Sequence record: NC_028829.1
Direction: 5' to 3' (one strand)
Length of the DNA stretch: 64,000 nucleotides
Shown here: in pieces, positions 9,459 to 18,340 of the stretch
How the letters are laid out: each line of letters opens with the position of its first letter
Numbering within the stretch: the first letter of the stretch is position 1
Program-made: the position numbers and the translations under genes
The notes under the pieces: model-generated
Databases searched by the model: none
Told to the model about the DNA's origin: nothing
The model's input: the letters and a program-made list of their open reading frames with translations, nothing else

Positions 9459-9465
9459 ATTTTTT

Positions 9466-10398
9466 TTAGAATTCGCTCATGCTTTCAATAAGCTTATCTA
9501 ACTTCTTAGAAGCAAAATACATCATGATTTTACTTCTAGGCGCTGGCTTCTGCGCTTCAAACTGTTCGATTATGCTATCACTGATATTCTTAGGAATAAA
9601 CGCAAAATCTAACAATTTTCTGTTTTCTTCATAACGAGCAAATTGCTCTTCAGTTAAGAGCTTTTTAAGCTCATCTGGCGTTGATGTCATTAGCGTGCGC
9701 AACTCTTCTTTGCGAACAGATGGTGCACGACGACCATCGCCATGTGTGTAGTGATCATTCGGCGCTTTCAACGGTGCAATACCGTCTTTCTTATCACCTT
9801 TGATGCATTTAAACATGATGTCCATTTCTGGTGAACCATGCTTCGGCTTGACCCATTTCTTCTGAATCGGAGACCATTGACGTACAAGCTTGCTTGTGTG
9901 TAACTGAGTAAAGTCACCATCTGAAGAAGTAATCAAAACTGGAACGTTTTTACTCACGTAATAATTAGTCAAAACACCAATATGGTCATCGGCTTCGACG
10001 CCTTCAATGTCCATTACGTAATACGGCATGTTTTCTTTGATTTCTTCTTTAATCTGCGCCATTGCATTGAAAATCGTTTCGAAATCCCAGCCAGAGTCAT
10101 CACGCTGCTCACTACGTTTGTATTTGTAGTACCAAGCTTCTTTCTTGCGCCAATAACCGCCTTTACCGTTATCAATACACAAGATAATACGCGGGTATTT
10201 GAGTTTGTTCTTTAGCACGTTACTACGTAGCGTGTTAAGAACGATATGACGAATCAAATCAACTGTTAGTAGATCAGTCGGTTTGTATGTTGCCATGATT
10301 GTACTCAAGACAATCTGACTGAAGTCAACGAGATTAACACCCGCTGGCATACCATCAAACGATTTTGTCTTTCGCTTGAAGAACCCCTCTAAACTCAT
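9466..10398 (-). CDS. rnh: RNase H / 5'-3' exonuclease (T4 type)
   Basis: VDFSQI, EADDHIG, SSDGDFTQL, IKGDKKDG. Confidence 0.96.
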   Translation of the reverse strand: MSLEGFFKRKTKSFDGMPAGVNLVDFSQIVLSTIMATYKPTDLLTVDLIRHIVLNTLRSNVLKNKLKYPRIILCIDNGKGGYWRKKEAWYYKYKRSEQRDDSGWDFETIFNAMAQIKEEIKENMPYYVMDIEGVEADDHIGVLTNYYVSKNVPVLITSSDGDFTQLHTSKLVRQWSPIQKKWVKPKHGSPEMDIMFKCIKGDKKDGIAPLKAPNDHYTHGDGRRAPSVRKEELRTLMTSTPDELKKLLTEEQFARYEENRKLLDFAFIPKNISDSIIEQFEAQKPAPRSKIMMYFASKKLDKLIESMSEF

Positions 10399-10428
10399 GT
10401 GTCGTTTCCTATATGTTTATATCGTGTG

Positions 10429-10436
10429 TCTAAATA
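10429..10436 (+). promoter_or_regulatory. Late promoter variant TCTAAATA upstream of gene 34
   Basis: One mismatch to the T4 late consensus TATAAATA; recurs before other late genes. Confidence 0.65.
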
Positions 10437-10476
10437 TATCATAGCGAATTGCATATCTAAACAAAGGAGCAATGAA

Positions 10477-13400
10477 ATGTCAGAATTCCGCAGAGCATTT
10501 CGTGCGTCAGGTCTTGATGCAAGTGGTCAGAATGTCATTAACGTAGCAGACCCACGAGCAAATGAATTGTTCGACGGTATTAACCAAGGCTACTTTATTG
10601 AAGAGAACACTGTTCAAGAGTATGACCCAACACGAGATCACTATAAAGTAGACTTTATCGTTGAGTTCAATCAACGTCTATACAAAAACATTACCGAAAT
10701 CAATGCACCTGAACCTTTTGACTCGCAGAAGTGGCAGAAAATGCGTACCGACCCTGAATGGGAAGATACTGATTCATCGGTAGGCGCAAACGTCGGTGAC
10801 TTCTTGTTGTTAACAGCAAGCTCGGCAATCACTATTACACTGCCTGAAACACCATTAACAGGTGACACAGTTACAATCAAAGACGGTAAAGGCGTTCTTA
10901 CAACTTACCCTTGTACGATTGCAGCAGCGGGCGGCTTGACGATTCAACATTACGCCATTGACGGTTCAATTGAGTCTAAACCGAGTATTTCATTCAATAC
11001 CCCTAACAGCACTATATTCTTAGTGTACAACGGTATTGCATGGACATATCAGATCAATCAAGAGTTATACAATACGTATATTGACGACAGTCACCCAACT
11101 CAACAGGGTGGGTACTTATCAACTGGTGGTTATTTCACTAACGTTGGCGAGACAGTCACATATGACGGTTCAGTTAAGAAAATTGCAATTTCTGTACCAC
11201 TGAACCCGAACGTGGGCGATACAATTCATCTTAAAGATGTTGCGTATCTTGAGAATCAAACGTCGATTCAAATCGGTGTGAACCCGACTGCTACGGGTCA
11301 GGTTATTCAAGACCCTATTTCAGGCGAACGTAGTTCTGTTATCAGTCTTGATACTATCGGCGGCGCTGATATCACATTTATCGATGACAACGGTACTGGC
11401 GTATGGGTAATCACAATCGCGAACAACCCGCATTTATGGAACTATGTCGGGGATTCAAGCGCGGTTGAATTGAAGCCTCGTTCTCGTTACGCTATCGAAA
11501 TCGCAGATGCTGTTCCTGCAATGACGATCACACTACCAGAAAAACCAGCCGATGGTGACTGGATTGAGATCTCACACAACAAAACAGCTCATAAGAAAGT
11601 AACGATTCAAGTTCATCCGAATTTCGGTGATGATGACCCAGGTCACGGCCCCGATGAATACAAAGTATTCTTGGACTTTGAAACATATCGTTATCAAAAA
11701 TACCGTCATTACGTTGATTTCGTTCCATTCTTCGTTGAATCATTCGAAATTAGTGATTATGACAGCGGTTATTCACTAGTTCTATACTACGACGCGAGTC
11801 GTAAAGTATGGTCGTTCGGTAACATCGCGACTCGTATCGATATCGCTGATGAACTATACCGTAAACGCCCGGGTATCGTGCCATTAGCTGACCCAACGGA
11901 AGCTCTAGCACACGGGATTGAATATGCGCACCCTGAAGATGCAGCAGACCCTTGGGCTGATCAAAACCCACTGAAAGATCACGTAATCACGGTAGAGACG
12001 CTTGACGCTCGTCGTGCAGGTGAACAGCAAGTCGGTATGGCTCGTGTTGCTACTCTTGGAACTGATGAAGCTCTTGAAGAATCGCGTTCTGGTACGTTTG
12101 TTCGTTACCCAGATACAAACTTCAGACATGATCTGTTCATAACACCACGTAGCTTGAATGCGCGTACAGCAACTGAAACACGTCGCGGTGTAGTTGAAAT
12201 CGCAACTCAAAACGAGACGCGAAGCACAACTAACGATGTTCAAGTTCTAACACCGATGAAATTCCACGCTGCACAAGCTGAAGAAGATCTAACAGGTGTT
12301 GCGAAACTAGTCGAAGCGTCGAACAACATCAATGCTGGTGGTATTGTTACATCAACAGCGAATATGCGTTCAGACCGTTCAGTAAATGGTATTGACAATA
12401 CAGTATATGATAAAACTGATCATCTGCGTATCGTAACGCCTAAAATGCTTGATGAGTATCGCGCTACAGAGAATCAACCTGGTACATTATGGATTGCTAA
12501 GAGTAGTGAACTTCGCATCAACGACTCAACAGTTGATAACGCGATCATCACGCCTAAGAAATTAGCAGCGTGGAAAGCAAGCTCAACGGTTCGTGGTATT
12601 GCTCGTTCTGCTACACAATCTGAAGCAAATGCAACAACAGGAACTGGTGAATCGTGGACAACAGTCTTCATCACACCAGAAACGTTGAATAGCAGAACAG
12701 CAACTGAATCACGTCGTGGTGTTGCTGAAATCGCCACCCAAACTGAAGTTGACTCAGGTACAGACGATACTCGTATTGTTTCACCACTTAAACTGAAGAC
12801 ATGGCTTGACCGTGATCATTTCGTGACAGCAGGAACAGATGGTCTATCGCATACTGGTACAGTATGGGGCGACGTTACATTCAGCATCGCGTCAGCGACT
12901 GAAACACAACGTGGTACACTACAAGTTGCGACTCAAGCAGAAGCGAATGCTCAAACTGGTGCGCTTGATGATGTAATAATCACACCACAGAAGTTAAATG
13001 CGCGTCGTGCTACAGAAACACAAACTGGTATTGTACGTCTTGCAACTCAAGCTGAAGTAGAAGCGGCTACGGCAAGTACTGAAATTGTTGTTACCCCTAG
13101 TGATTTGCTTCACTGGACTAGATACTCTGATAGTTCACGTGCAAATGAAGCTCGATACGGTAATGTACAAATTGCAACGCCAGCAGAAACGTTCGTAGGT
13201 AACAGCACAGACGGTTCAACGCAAGCATATACTTCGTACTTGCGCGTTCCATATGCAGTATCACCTTACGGGTTACACTATGCATTGCGTAACTACTTGC
13301 CATTAAACGCTAAAGCTGATGACTCAGAATTACTAGATGGCTTGAACAGTACACAATTTGCACGCAGTGACGTTTCAGATACTATCTCAGGTGTTTACAC

Positions 13401-14160
13401 ATTCACAGAGAATGAAATTAAAATTCAGGGCGCAAACCCTCGAATCGAATTCACTGATACGACTGATGCAAACAGCACGCTTGAGCTTTACTACCAGTCT
13501 GGCAAGGTCGGGTTTACTGATGGGGTTGACAACTGGTTGCTTAGAGTAGCTAATGACGGTAATACTAACGTTTACGGTGCATTGACAACTGACAGCACGA
13601 TAACAGCAGGTTCAAGTATCACTGAAAACGAAGCAAGCGCAAACGTTGATGCAACATACGGGACTTATTCAAGCCCTGCAACAGGTTCACTTCGTAGCAA
13701 GTACTTGGGTATTAACAACGTGGCTAAAGCTTCTGAGAAGTGGGTTACAGCGCGTACAGTGACGTTCACTGGCGACTTGTCCGGTAACTTTACGTTAGAT
13801 GGTAGCGGAAACGTTACTTCAAACATTCAAGTTAACGATTATAGTCACGCTCACTCAGGTGAGAACATCACAACTGGTACAATTAACAATGATCGTTTGC
13901 GCAAATCAAGCCGCACGAATTCAGGTATTGTACAAGTAACAAGTGACGTGCGTACAGCAGACCCAGTGAATGCTTCAGACCCACACCAAGCTCTATCGGC
14001 TGGTGCTGGTAAGACTCTATCTGAGCGTATCGACTTGTTCACGCCAGACGGTGGTACAGGTGAGAGCGTTAAATACAGAGACTACATTCAAGTTGGTTCT
14101 GTAAGAATGTCAACTAATAATCAAGGCGTGTTGGAGTTTACGTACGGACACGCTATATAA
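10477..14160 (+). CDS. 34: Long tail fibre proximal subunit gp34 (start MSEFRRAF)
   Basis: FRASGLDASG.NVINVA N-terminus; many IATQxE...IITPxKL repeats; AAGGAG RBS before the ATG at 10477. Confidence 0.95.
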   Translation: MSEFRRAFRASGLDASGQNVINVADPRANELFDGINQGYFIEENTVQEYDPTRDHYKVDFIVEFNQRLYKNITEINAPEPFDSQKWQKMRTDPEWEDTDSSVGANVGDFLLLTASSAITITLPETPLTGDTVTIKDGKGVLTTYPCTIAAAGGLTIQHYAIDGSIESKPSISFNTPNSTIFLVYNGIAWTYQINQELYNTYIDDSHPTQQGGYLSTGGYFTNVGETVTYDGSVKKIAISVPLNPNVGDTIHLKDVAYLENQTSIQIGVNPTATGQVIQDPISGERSSVISLDTIGGADITFIDDNGTGVWVITIANNPHLWNYVGDSSAVELKPRSRYAIEIADAVPAMTITLPEKPADGDWIEISHNKTAHKKVTIQVHPNFGDDDPGHGPDEYKVFLDFETYRYQKYRHYVDFVPFFVESFEISDYDSGYSLVLYYDASRKVWSFGNIATRIDIADELYRKRPGIVPLADPTEALAHGIEYAHPEDAADPWADQNPLKDHVITVETLDARRAGEQQVGMARVATLGTDEALEESRSGTFVRYPDTNFRHDLFITPRSLNARTATETRRGVVEIATQNETRSTTNDVQVLTPMKFHAAQAEEDLTGVAKLVEASNNINAGGIVTSTANMRSDRSVNGIDNTVYDKTDHLRIVTPKMLDEYRATENQPGTLWIAKSSELRINDSTVDNAIITPKKLAAWKASSTVRGIARSATQSEANATTGTGESWTTVFITPETLNSRTATESRRGVAEIATQTEVDSGTDDTRIVSPLKLKTWLDRDHFVTAGTDGLSHTGTVWGDVTFSIASATETQRGTLQVATQAEANAQTGALDDVIITPQKLNARRATETQTGIVRLATQAEVEAATASTEIVVTPSDLLHWTRYSDSSRANEARYGNVQIATPAETFVGNSTDGSTQAYTSYLRVPYAVSPYGLHYALRNYLPLNAKADDSELLDGLNSTQFARSDVSDTISGVYTFTENEIKIQGANPRIEFTDTTDANSTLELYYQSGKVGFTDGVDNWLLRVANDGNTNVYGALTTDSTITAGSSITENEASANVDATYGTYSSPATGSLRSKYLGINNVAKASEKWVTARTVTFTGDLSGNFTLDGSGNVTSNIQVNDYSHAHSGENITTGTINNDRLRKSSRTNSGIVQVTSDVRTADPVNASDPHQALSAGAGKTLSERIDLFTPDGGTGESVKYRDYIQVGSVRMSTNNQGVLEFTYGHAI

Positions 14161-14168
14161 GGTGATTT

Positions 14169-16862
14169 ATGTACGAAAGACTTAAACGTGACGGCGATTG
14201 GCTATTAATCTTTCGCCATGATTCAACAGGAGGTGTGTTTTTCACCTCCGATGCTGAAGCACGCAGCGTCGGGACAGATCCCGACGTTGAACAAAAATTC
14301 AGTGCGTTGAACTCACTTGAGGAATTTCGCCGTGAAGACGGCAAATTCCAATTCAAGCTTCATTACCCAGAATTAGATGTAACAAACATTTGGAAGCAAA
14401 GCAGTAACTTTGCAGCTATTGATGTAGGTCAATATCTTACAAACGGTAACTTAGCGGGTGGGGAATACGTCACTGAACAAAATGCAAAAATCGGTTCTTG
14501 GGTTATTGTTGAGAAAGAAAACCCAGGGTCATCAAAATACGTCGTTGAGCAACCGACTGCGGCACTAGAAGATCAATTACGTTTTCAAGTTCCACAATCA
14601 CGTTTACTACCAAATAAAACATATACATTATCATGTTGGGTTGGGTATGAAGTAGACACTGATCACGATACGGCAGCTATATTTCACGCTCGTTGGTATG
14701 ATGGTTCAAATAATGACTATACATTAGGCGAACATACTGCGGGTGATGTGTTTGAATCGGCAGGAAACGAGTTGATAGTTGACGGGATTCTTTGGAAGCG
14801 TCATTATGCTCGTTTCACAACGCCTAGTACTCTTTCATCGAGTAGCATGTACTGGTATTGTTGTTATACAACTGATACAGGTAAATTACCAACAGGTAAG
14901 CGTTGGCTTACAAACTTCATGATTACAGACTCGCAAATCGTCAAAAACTATACTGGCGATTACGACGCTACAACTCGCGGCGTTAGAGGCTATGAACCGA
15001 TTTACATCGAAAGCACTGCAAATGATTGGGGTGGAATAGAATATAGCGTTTCAGCCAGTACGTTAGCAGACGGTTCAGTTGACATATCAAATTGGTATTG
15101 GGCTATTGGTGCAAAACGTTCTTGGCCAGACGCGACTACTACATTCCCGGGACCTGGTATAAACGTAAATCAAGCTGAATTGTGGGTATATGCTCCTGTT
15201 GGTTCTAGAATCGGTGAATATGAAGTATCAGCTAGGCATATCAGAGATTTTTCAAATAATAATATCAGACTGTTAGCAACAGGGGTCGCGGACGGAAGTT
15301 CAAACCTAGCATCATGTTATATAAACGATGTTAGCGTATTCACACCCGAAGCTAAACAACAATATCAAGTTCGTTTGATTATATTCAACGACGATATGAC
15401 AGTCAAAACTAATAGAAAATATCTTCTGAGTAGTTCTACAGAACGTAGCAACTTCATCAACGGTCTGAACGGGTTAACAACAGAGCCGTTTGTTATTCTA
15501 TCAAATGGGTCAATGTACGCAGATTCTGCGGTAGATGCTGCAATTCAACAGTATCACCCGATTGAGTATCGCGGTAGCTCTTACTTCAGTCAATACAGTT
15601 ATAGTTACTGTGCATTCGGTACAGGTCAATTGGGTATTGTATATGATCGTTGTATGTTCGACCATGAATCTGATGGTGACAGTGTTGTTGATACTGCATT
15701 CGAAGATAAAGCAGGGATTGGTTCAAACGGGTACGGAATTCCTCTAATCGAAACAATGACTGTTCCTACTGATACACGTCAACTTCTTTCAGATTATGGC
15801 GTGATAGACGGACAGTACTTGATTTACAAAGCTCGTGCATGTATTGATCGAAATTCAGCAATCGCAAATGAAGACAAAATGGCGAATCTTCGATTCTACA
15901 ACGTAGTTGGCGATGAAGTCGGCAGGCAGAATATTCATTTTTACAGTGCAGAGAAAAAAGAAACTCAAGAATTTTTCGTACAAGTACCAACAGGTGCAGT
16001 TAAATTTGCAGTTTGGTCTAACTTACAACCAGAGTACTTTGATTACGTCATATTGACTAAAGGCGGAATGTCAACCCCGAGTGGTATACCTCATATGATT
16101 TCGAACATAAACGGTATCGCTGCTCAAGAGATTGTCAATTCACCGATTACAGGTAACGTAGTTGATGACGATAGCTGGTGGCGAGCATATAACGCAGATT
16201 CAAACTTGTATGCAGGTATTAATATGCCAGTACAAGAAATTGACAACGTTCAATGGGGTAATTATGTGCTTTCAGGCGGTGAAAAGTGTTTCACACGTAC
16301 AGCAGGCTCATCATCTCCGATTGAAATGCAAGAAGTATCAATCGACCCATCTCGACCATACTTCTTATCGTTATGGGTTAATGCTATAGACAAGCAAAAT
16401 AGCTTCTTATATTTCAGTGTACGTGTCAAGAATTCATCTGGTGACTATAGAACTCTGAGATTATCAGACGGTAGTCGAACATCTACATATATCAATGTTG
16501 ACAGAGTGTACGGGTTTCCTGCTTCAAACAATCAATGGGTTTTATTGCAGGGGTATATTCTACCACATGATTGGACAGATGCACAACATCAAGCGTTTGC
16601 TGATAAGTTTAACAACTATTTCGGTGTAATAAACCCAGAAGATGATCCGACATATCAGACATCAAAGGGTGTAGGTTATTACACCACAAACGCAGACAAG
16701 TCTTTTAGATGGAATGCTGATGATGATAAGTTGATACTTCGATACAAAGATGAAACAACCGTTGAAAATCAAGTAATGTGGGCTTTCCCAATTGTTACTG
16801 AAGTCAATGTTGCTAGTTCGTTTGAAGACAACTTCACTGCAATCGACTTTGCAATGAAATAA
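14169..16862 (+). CDS. 35: Enlarged tail fibre hinge protein gp35 (897 aa) with extra N- and C-terminal domains
   Basis: Follows gene 34; central region (~aa 355-510) resembles T4 gp35 by eye; extra fibrinogen-like and jelly-roll-like segments. Confidence 0.7.
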   Translation: MYERLKRDGDWLLIFRHDSTGGVFFTSDAEARSVGTDPDVEQKFSALNSLEEFRREDGKFQFKLHYPELDVTNIWKQSSNFAAIDVGQYLTNGNLAGGEYVTEQNAKIGSWVIVEKENPGSSKYVVEQPTAALEDQLRFQVPQSRLLPNKTYTLSCWVGYEVDTDHDTAAIFHARWYDGSNNDYTLGEHTAGDVFESAGNELIVDGILWKRHYARFTTPSTLSSSSMYWYCCYTTDTGKLPTGKRWLTNFMITDSQIVKNYTGDYDATTRGVRGYEPIYIESTANDWGGIEYSVSASTLADGSVDISNWYWAIGAKRSWPDATTTFPGPGINVNQAELWVYAPVGSRIGEYEVSARHIRDFSNNNIRLLATGVADGSSNLASCYINDVSVFTPEAKQQYQVRLIIFNDDMTVKTNRKYLLSSSTERSNFINGLNGLTTEPFVILSNGSMYADSAVDAAIQQYHPIEYRGSSYFSQYSYSYCAFGTGQLGIVYDRCMFDHESDGDSVVDTAFEDKAGIGSNGYGIPLIETMTVPTDTRQLLSDYGVIDGQYLIYKARACIDRNSAIANEDKMANLRFYNVVGDEVGRQNIHFYSAEKKETQEFFVQVPTGAVKFAVWSNLQPEYFDYVILTKGGMSTPSGIPHMISNINGIAAQEIVNSPITGNVVDDDSWWRAYNADSNLYAGINMPVQEIDNVQWGNYVLSGGEKCFTRTAGSSSPIEMQEVSIDPSRPYFLSLWVNAIDKQNSFLYFSVRVKNSSGDYRTLRLSDGSRTSTYINVDRVYGFPASNNQWVLLQGYILPHDWTDAQHQAFADKFNNYFGVINPEDDPTYQTSKGVGYYTTNADKSFRWNADDDKLILRYKDETTVENQVMWAFPIVTEVNVASSFEDNFTAIDFAMK

Positions 16863-16863
16863 A

Positions 16864-16885
16864 AGAGCCCTTCGGGGCTTTTTTT
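16864..16885 (+). terminator. Terminator after gene 35
   Basis: AGCCC-TTCG-GGGCT followed by a T run. Confidence 0.92.
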
Positions 16886-16906
16886 ATACGCGAAGCGAAA
16901 AACGGT

Positions 16907-16972
16907 AAGAGGCGGAAAAATTCCGTCTCATCTTAGTAGTATTAGTGGTTTTAGTGATATTAGAAGTATTAG
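16907..16972 (+). repeat. Copy 1 of a 66-bp element; exact reverse complement of 42952-43017. Contains a hairpin and 9-bp TTAG tandem units
   Basis: Base-by-base comparison of the two loci. Confidence 0.95.
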
Positions 16973-16982
16973 AGGGATTAGT

Positions 16983-17012
16983 GTTTAAGCAACCAATGAT
17001 GAAATGTATACT
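16983..17012 (+). promoter_or_regulatory. Promoter for uvsY: GTTTAA-N18-TATACT
   Basis: Same geometry as the promoter at the second repeat copy. Confidence 0.6.
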
Positions 17013-17030
17013 TGATGACGCGAGGTTATT

Positions 17031-17444
17031 ATGAAGCTACAAGATTTAAAAATTGAATATCACGAAGACGTGAAAATTGACACAACTGCTTTAGAAACAG
17101 CAGCTATTCGAATTCCCGTTCTTCATGCGAAGTGGCTTGCATACCGAGCCGATGCAAGACAACTACTTATCAAAGCTGAAATGAAAATGGAAGCTGTGAG
17201 AAAAGACCGCTGGCTCTTTTATAGCGGCAAACATGACGATGAAGTTTGTGATTTCATCGTAGAAAAGAGTGAAATGAAATATGCTCTTGCGGGTGATGAA
17301 TATCTTCAACGTGCAATTGCTACTTTTCAACACATGAAAGATGTGTTATCATTCATCGAAGAAGCTTTGAAAGGCATTAGTCAAATGGGCTTCACAATCA
17401 AACACATTATTGACAACAGAAAAATTGAGAGTGGTATAGTATGA
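17031..17444 (+). CDS. uvsY: Recombination mediator UvsY
   Basis: 137 aa; EDVKIDTTALE, LHAKWL, KGISQMGFTIKHII. Confidence 0.93.
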   Translation: MKLQDLKIEYHEDVKIDTTALETAAIRIPVLHAKWLAYRADARQLLIKAEMKMEAVRKDRWLFYSGKHDDEVCDFIVEKSEMKYALAGDEYLQRAIATFQHMKDVLSFIEEALKGISQMGFTIKHIIDNRKIESGIV

Positions 17445-17854
17445 TCATCGAAACAATTAAAACAACACGCCTACAAGCTCGTAAAGACCGTAATAACGCA
17501 GTTGCGTCTGTACTCGGTGTCATTATGGGTGAACTTGACCGTCGTCAAAAACACGATGACGAGTCTTGCATCAAAGTAATCTCAAGCGCGATTGACAACA
17601 ACAAACTTGCTCTTGAACACGCACAAGGCGATCATGTAGACATTCTGAACGCAGAAAACGCAGTTCTTGAGTCTCTACTACCTGCAAAAATCTCTGAATC
17701 AGATCTAGACACGTTCGTTTCTAACTTTGTTCTAGAAACTGGTGCTGATTCTATGCGTGACATGGGTAAACTAATGGGCGCTCTAAAAGCTACAGGTAAA
17801 GTTTTCGATGGTGGTAAAGCGTCTCAGTTGTTCAAACTAGCAATCGGTCTGTAA
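17441..17854 (+). CDS. GatB/YqeY-domain protein
   Basis: E.AVLESLLP..ISE, MRDMGKLMGALK, DGGKASQ pattern typical of YqeY. Confidence 0.8.
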   Translation: MIIETIKTTRLQARKDRNNAVASVLGVIMGELDRRQKHDDESCIKVISSAIDNNKLALEHAQGDHVDILNAENAVLESLLPAKISESDLDTFVSNFVLETGADSMRDMGKLMGALKATGKVFDGGKASQLFKLAIGL

Positions 17855-17855
17855 T

Positions 17856-18020
17856 ATGCAGACTGATTACATTAAATACAAAGTAGTGCATGGCAATAAT
17901 TCAAGAACTTTTGAAGAAGAAGTGCAGAAACTACTTAACGAGGGATGGGAACTTCATGGCTCTTTACAAGTCGATGGGTTTTATCTCTATCAATCACTTA
18001 TAAAAAAGGGGTTAGACTAA
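17856..18020 (+). CDS. Small protein, 54 aa (MQTDYIKYKVV...EEVQKLLNEGWELHG...), DUF1737-like; absent from the ORF track
   Basis: Translated by hand; fills the gap between neighbours exactly; V..LL.EGW.L.G motif. Confidence 0.7.
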   Translation: MQTDYIKYKVVHGNNSRTFEEEVQKLLNEGWELHGSLQVDGFYLYQSLIKKGLD

Positions 18021-18190
18021 TGGCACATTGTGTTGTATGTAAACAACCTATTAAAGAAGGCGATGTCACTATTGATACGCCACAAGGCACAGTTCACGCA
18101 GGTCAATGTCAGCAACATTTATCAGAAATGTCTATTTCTGAGTCTGGTGGCGAAACGCAACTTGTAGAAACACAACTGCTAAACGGGTAA
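18020..18190 (+). CDS. UvsY.-2-like small protein (56 aa, MAHCVVCKQPI...ETQLLNG)
   Basis: CVVCK.PI, VH.G.C and ETQLL match T4 uvsY.-2 as I recall it; TAATG coupling at 18018-18022. Confidence 0.8.
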   Translation: MAHCVVCKQPIKEGDVTIDTPQGTVHAGQCQQHLSEMSISESGGETQLVETQLLNG

Positions 18191-18194
18191 AGAT

Positions 18195-18305
18195 ATGAGC
18201 AAGAATCGTAAACGAGATCGCGGGTTCTTCGACTGGCTATGGGCGCCATTTGAATTATTTTTTGAGTTAATCGGTGCGATTCTCTCAGCAATCTTTTCAG
18301 ACTAA
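18195..18305 (+). CDS. 36-aa amphipathic or membrane peptide; absent from the ORF track
   Basis: MSKNRKRDRGFFDWLWAPFELFFELIGAILSAIFSD; ends at the terminator. Confidence 0.6.
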   Translation: MSKNRKRDRGFFDWLWAPFELFFELIGAILSAIFSD

Positions 18306-18306
18306 T

Positions 18307-18335
18307 AAAAAAAGGGAGCAAATTGCTCCCTTTTT
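18307..18335. terminator. Bidirectional terminator between the uvsY operon and uvsW
   Basis: A7-GGGAGC-AAATT-GCTCCC-T5. Confidence 0.9.
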
Positions 18336-18340
18336 CGTAT

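Noticed and set aside
10600-10770. CBM-like Y..D..V......W segment at the gp34 N-terminus
   Set aside because: T4 gp34 has the equivalent segment, so it is not a special insertion.
11850-13300. ATQxE...ITPxKL repeats in gp34
   Set aside because: Standard architecture of T4-type proximal fibres.
16933-16986. 9-bp periodic repeats as a CRISPR array or coding VNTR
   Set aside because: No spacers, the units are far too short, and there is no ORF with an RBS; treated as iteron-like instead.
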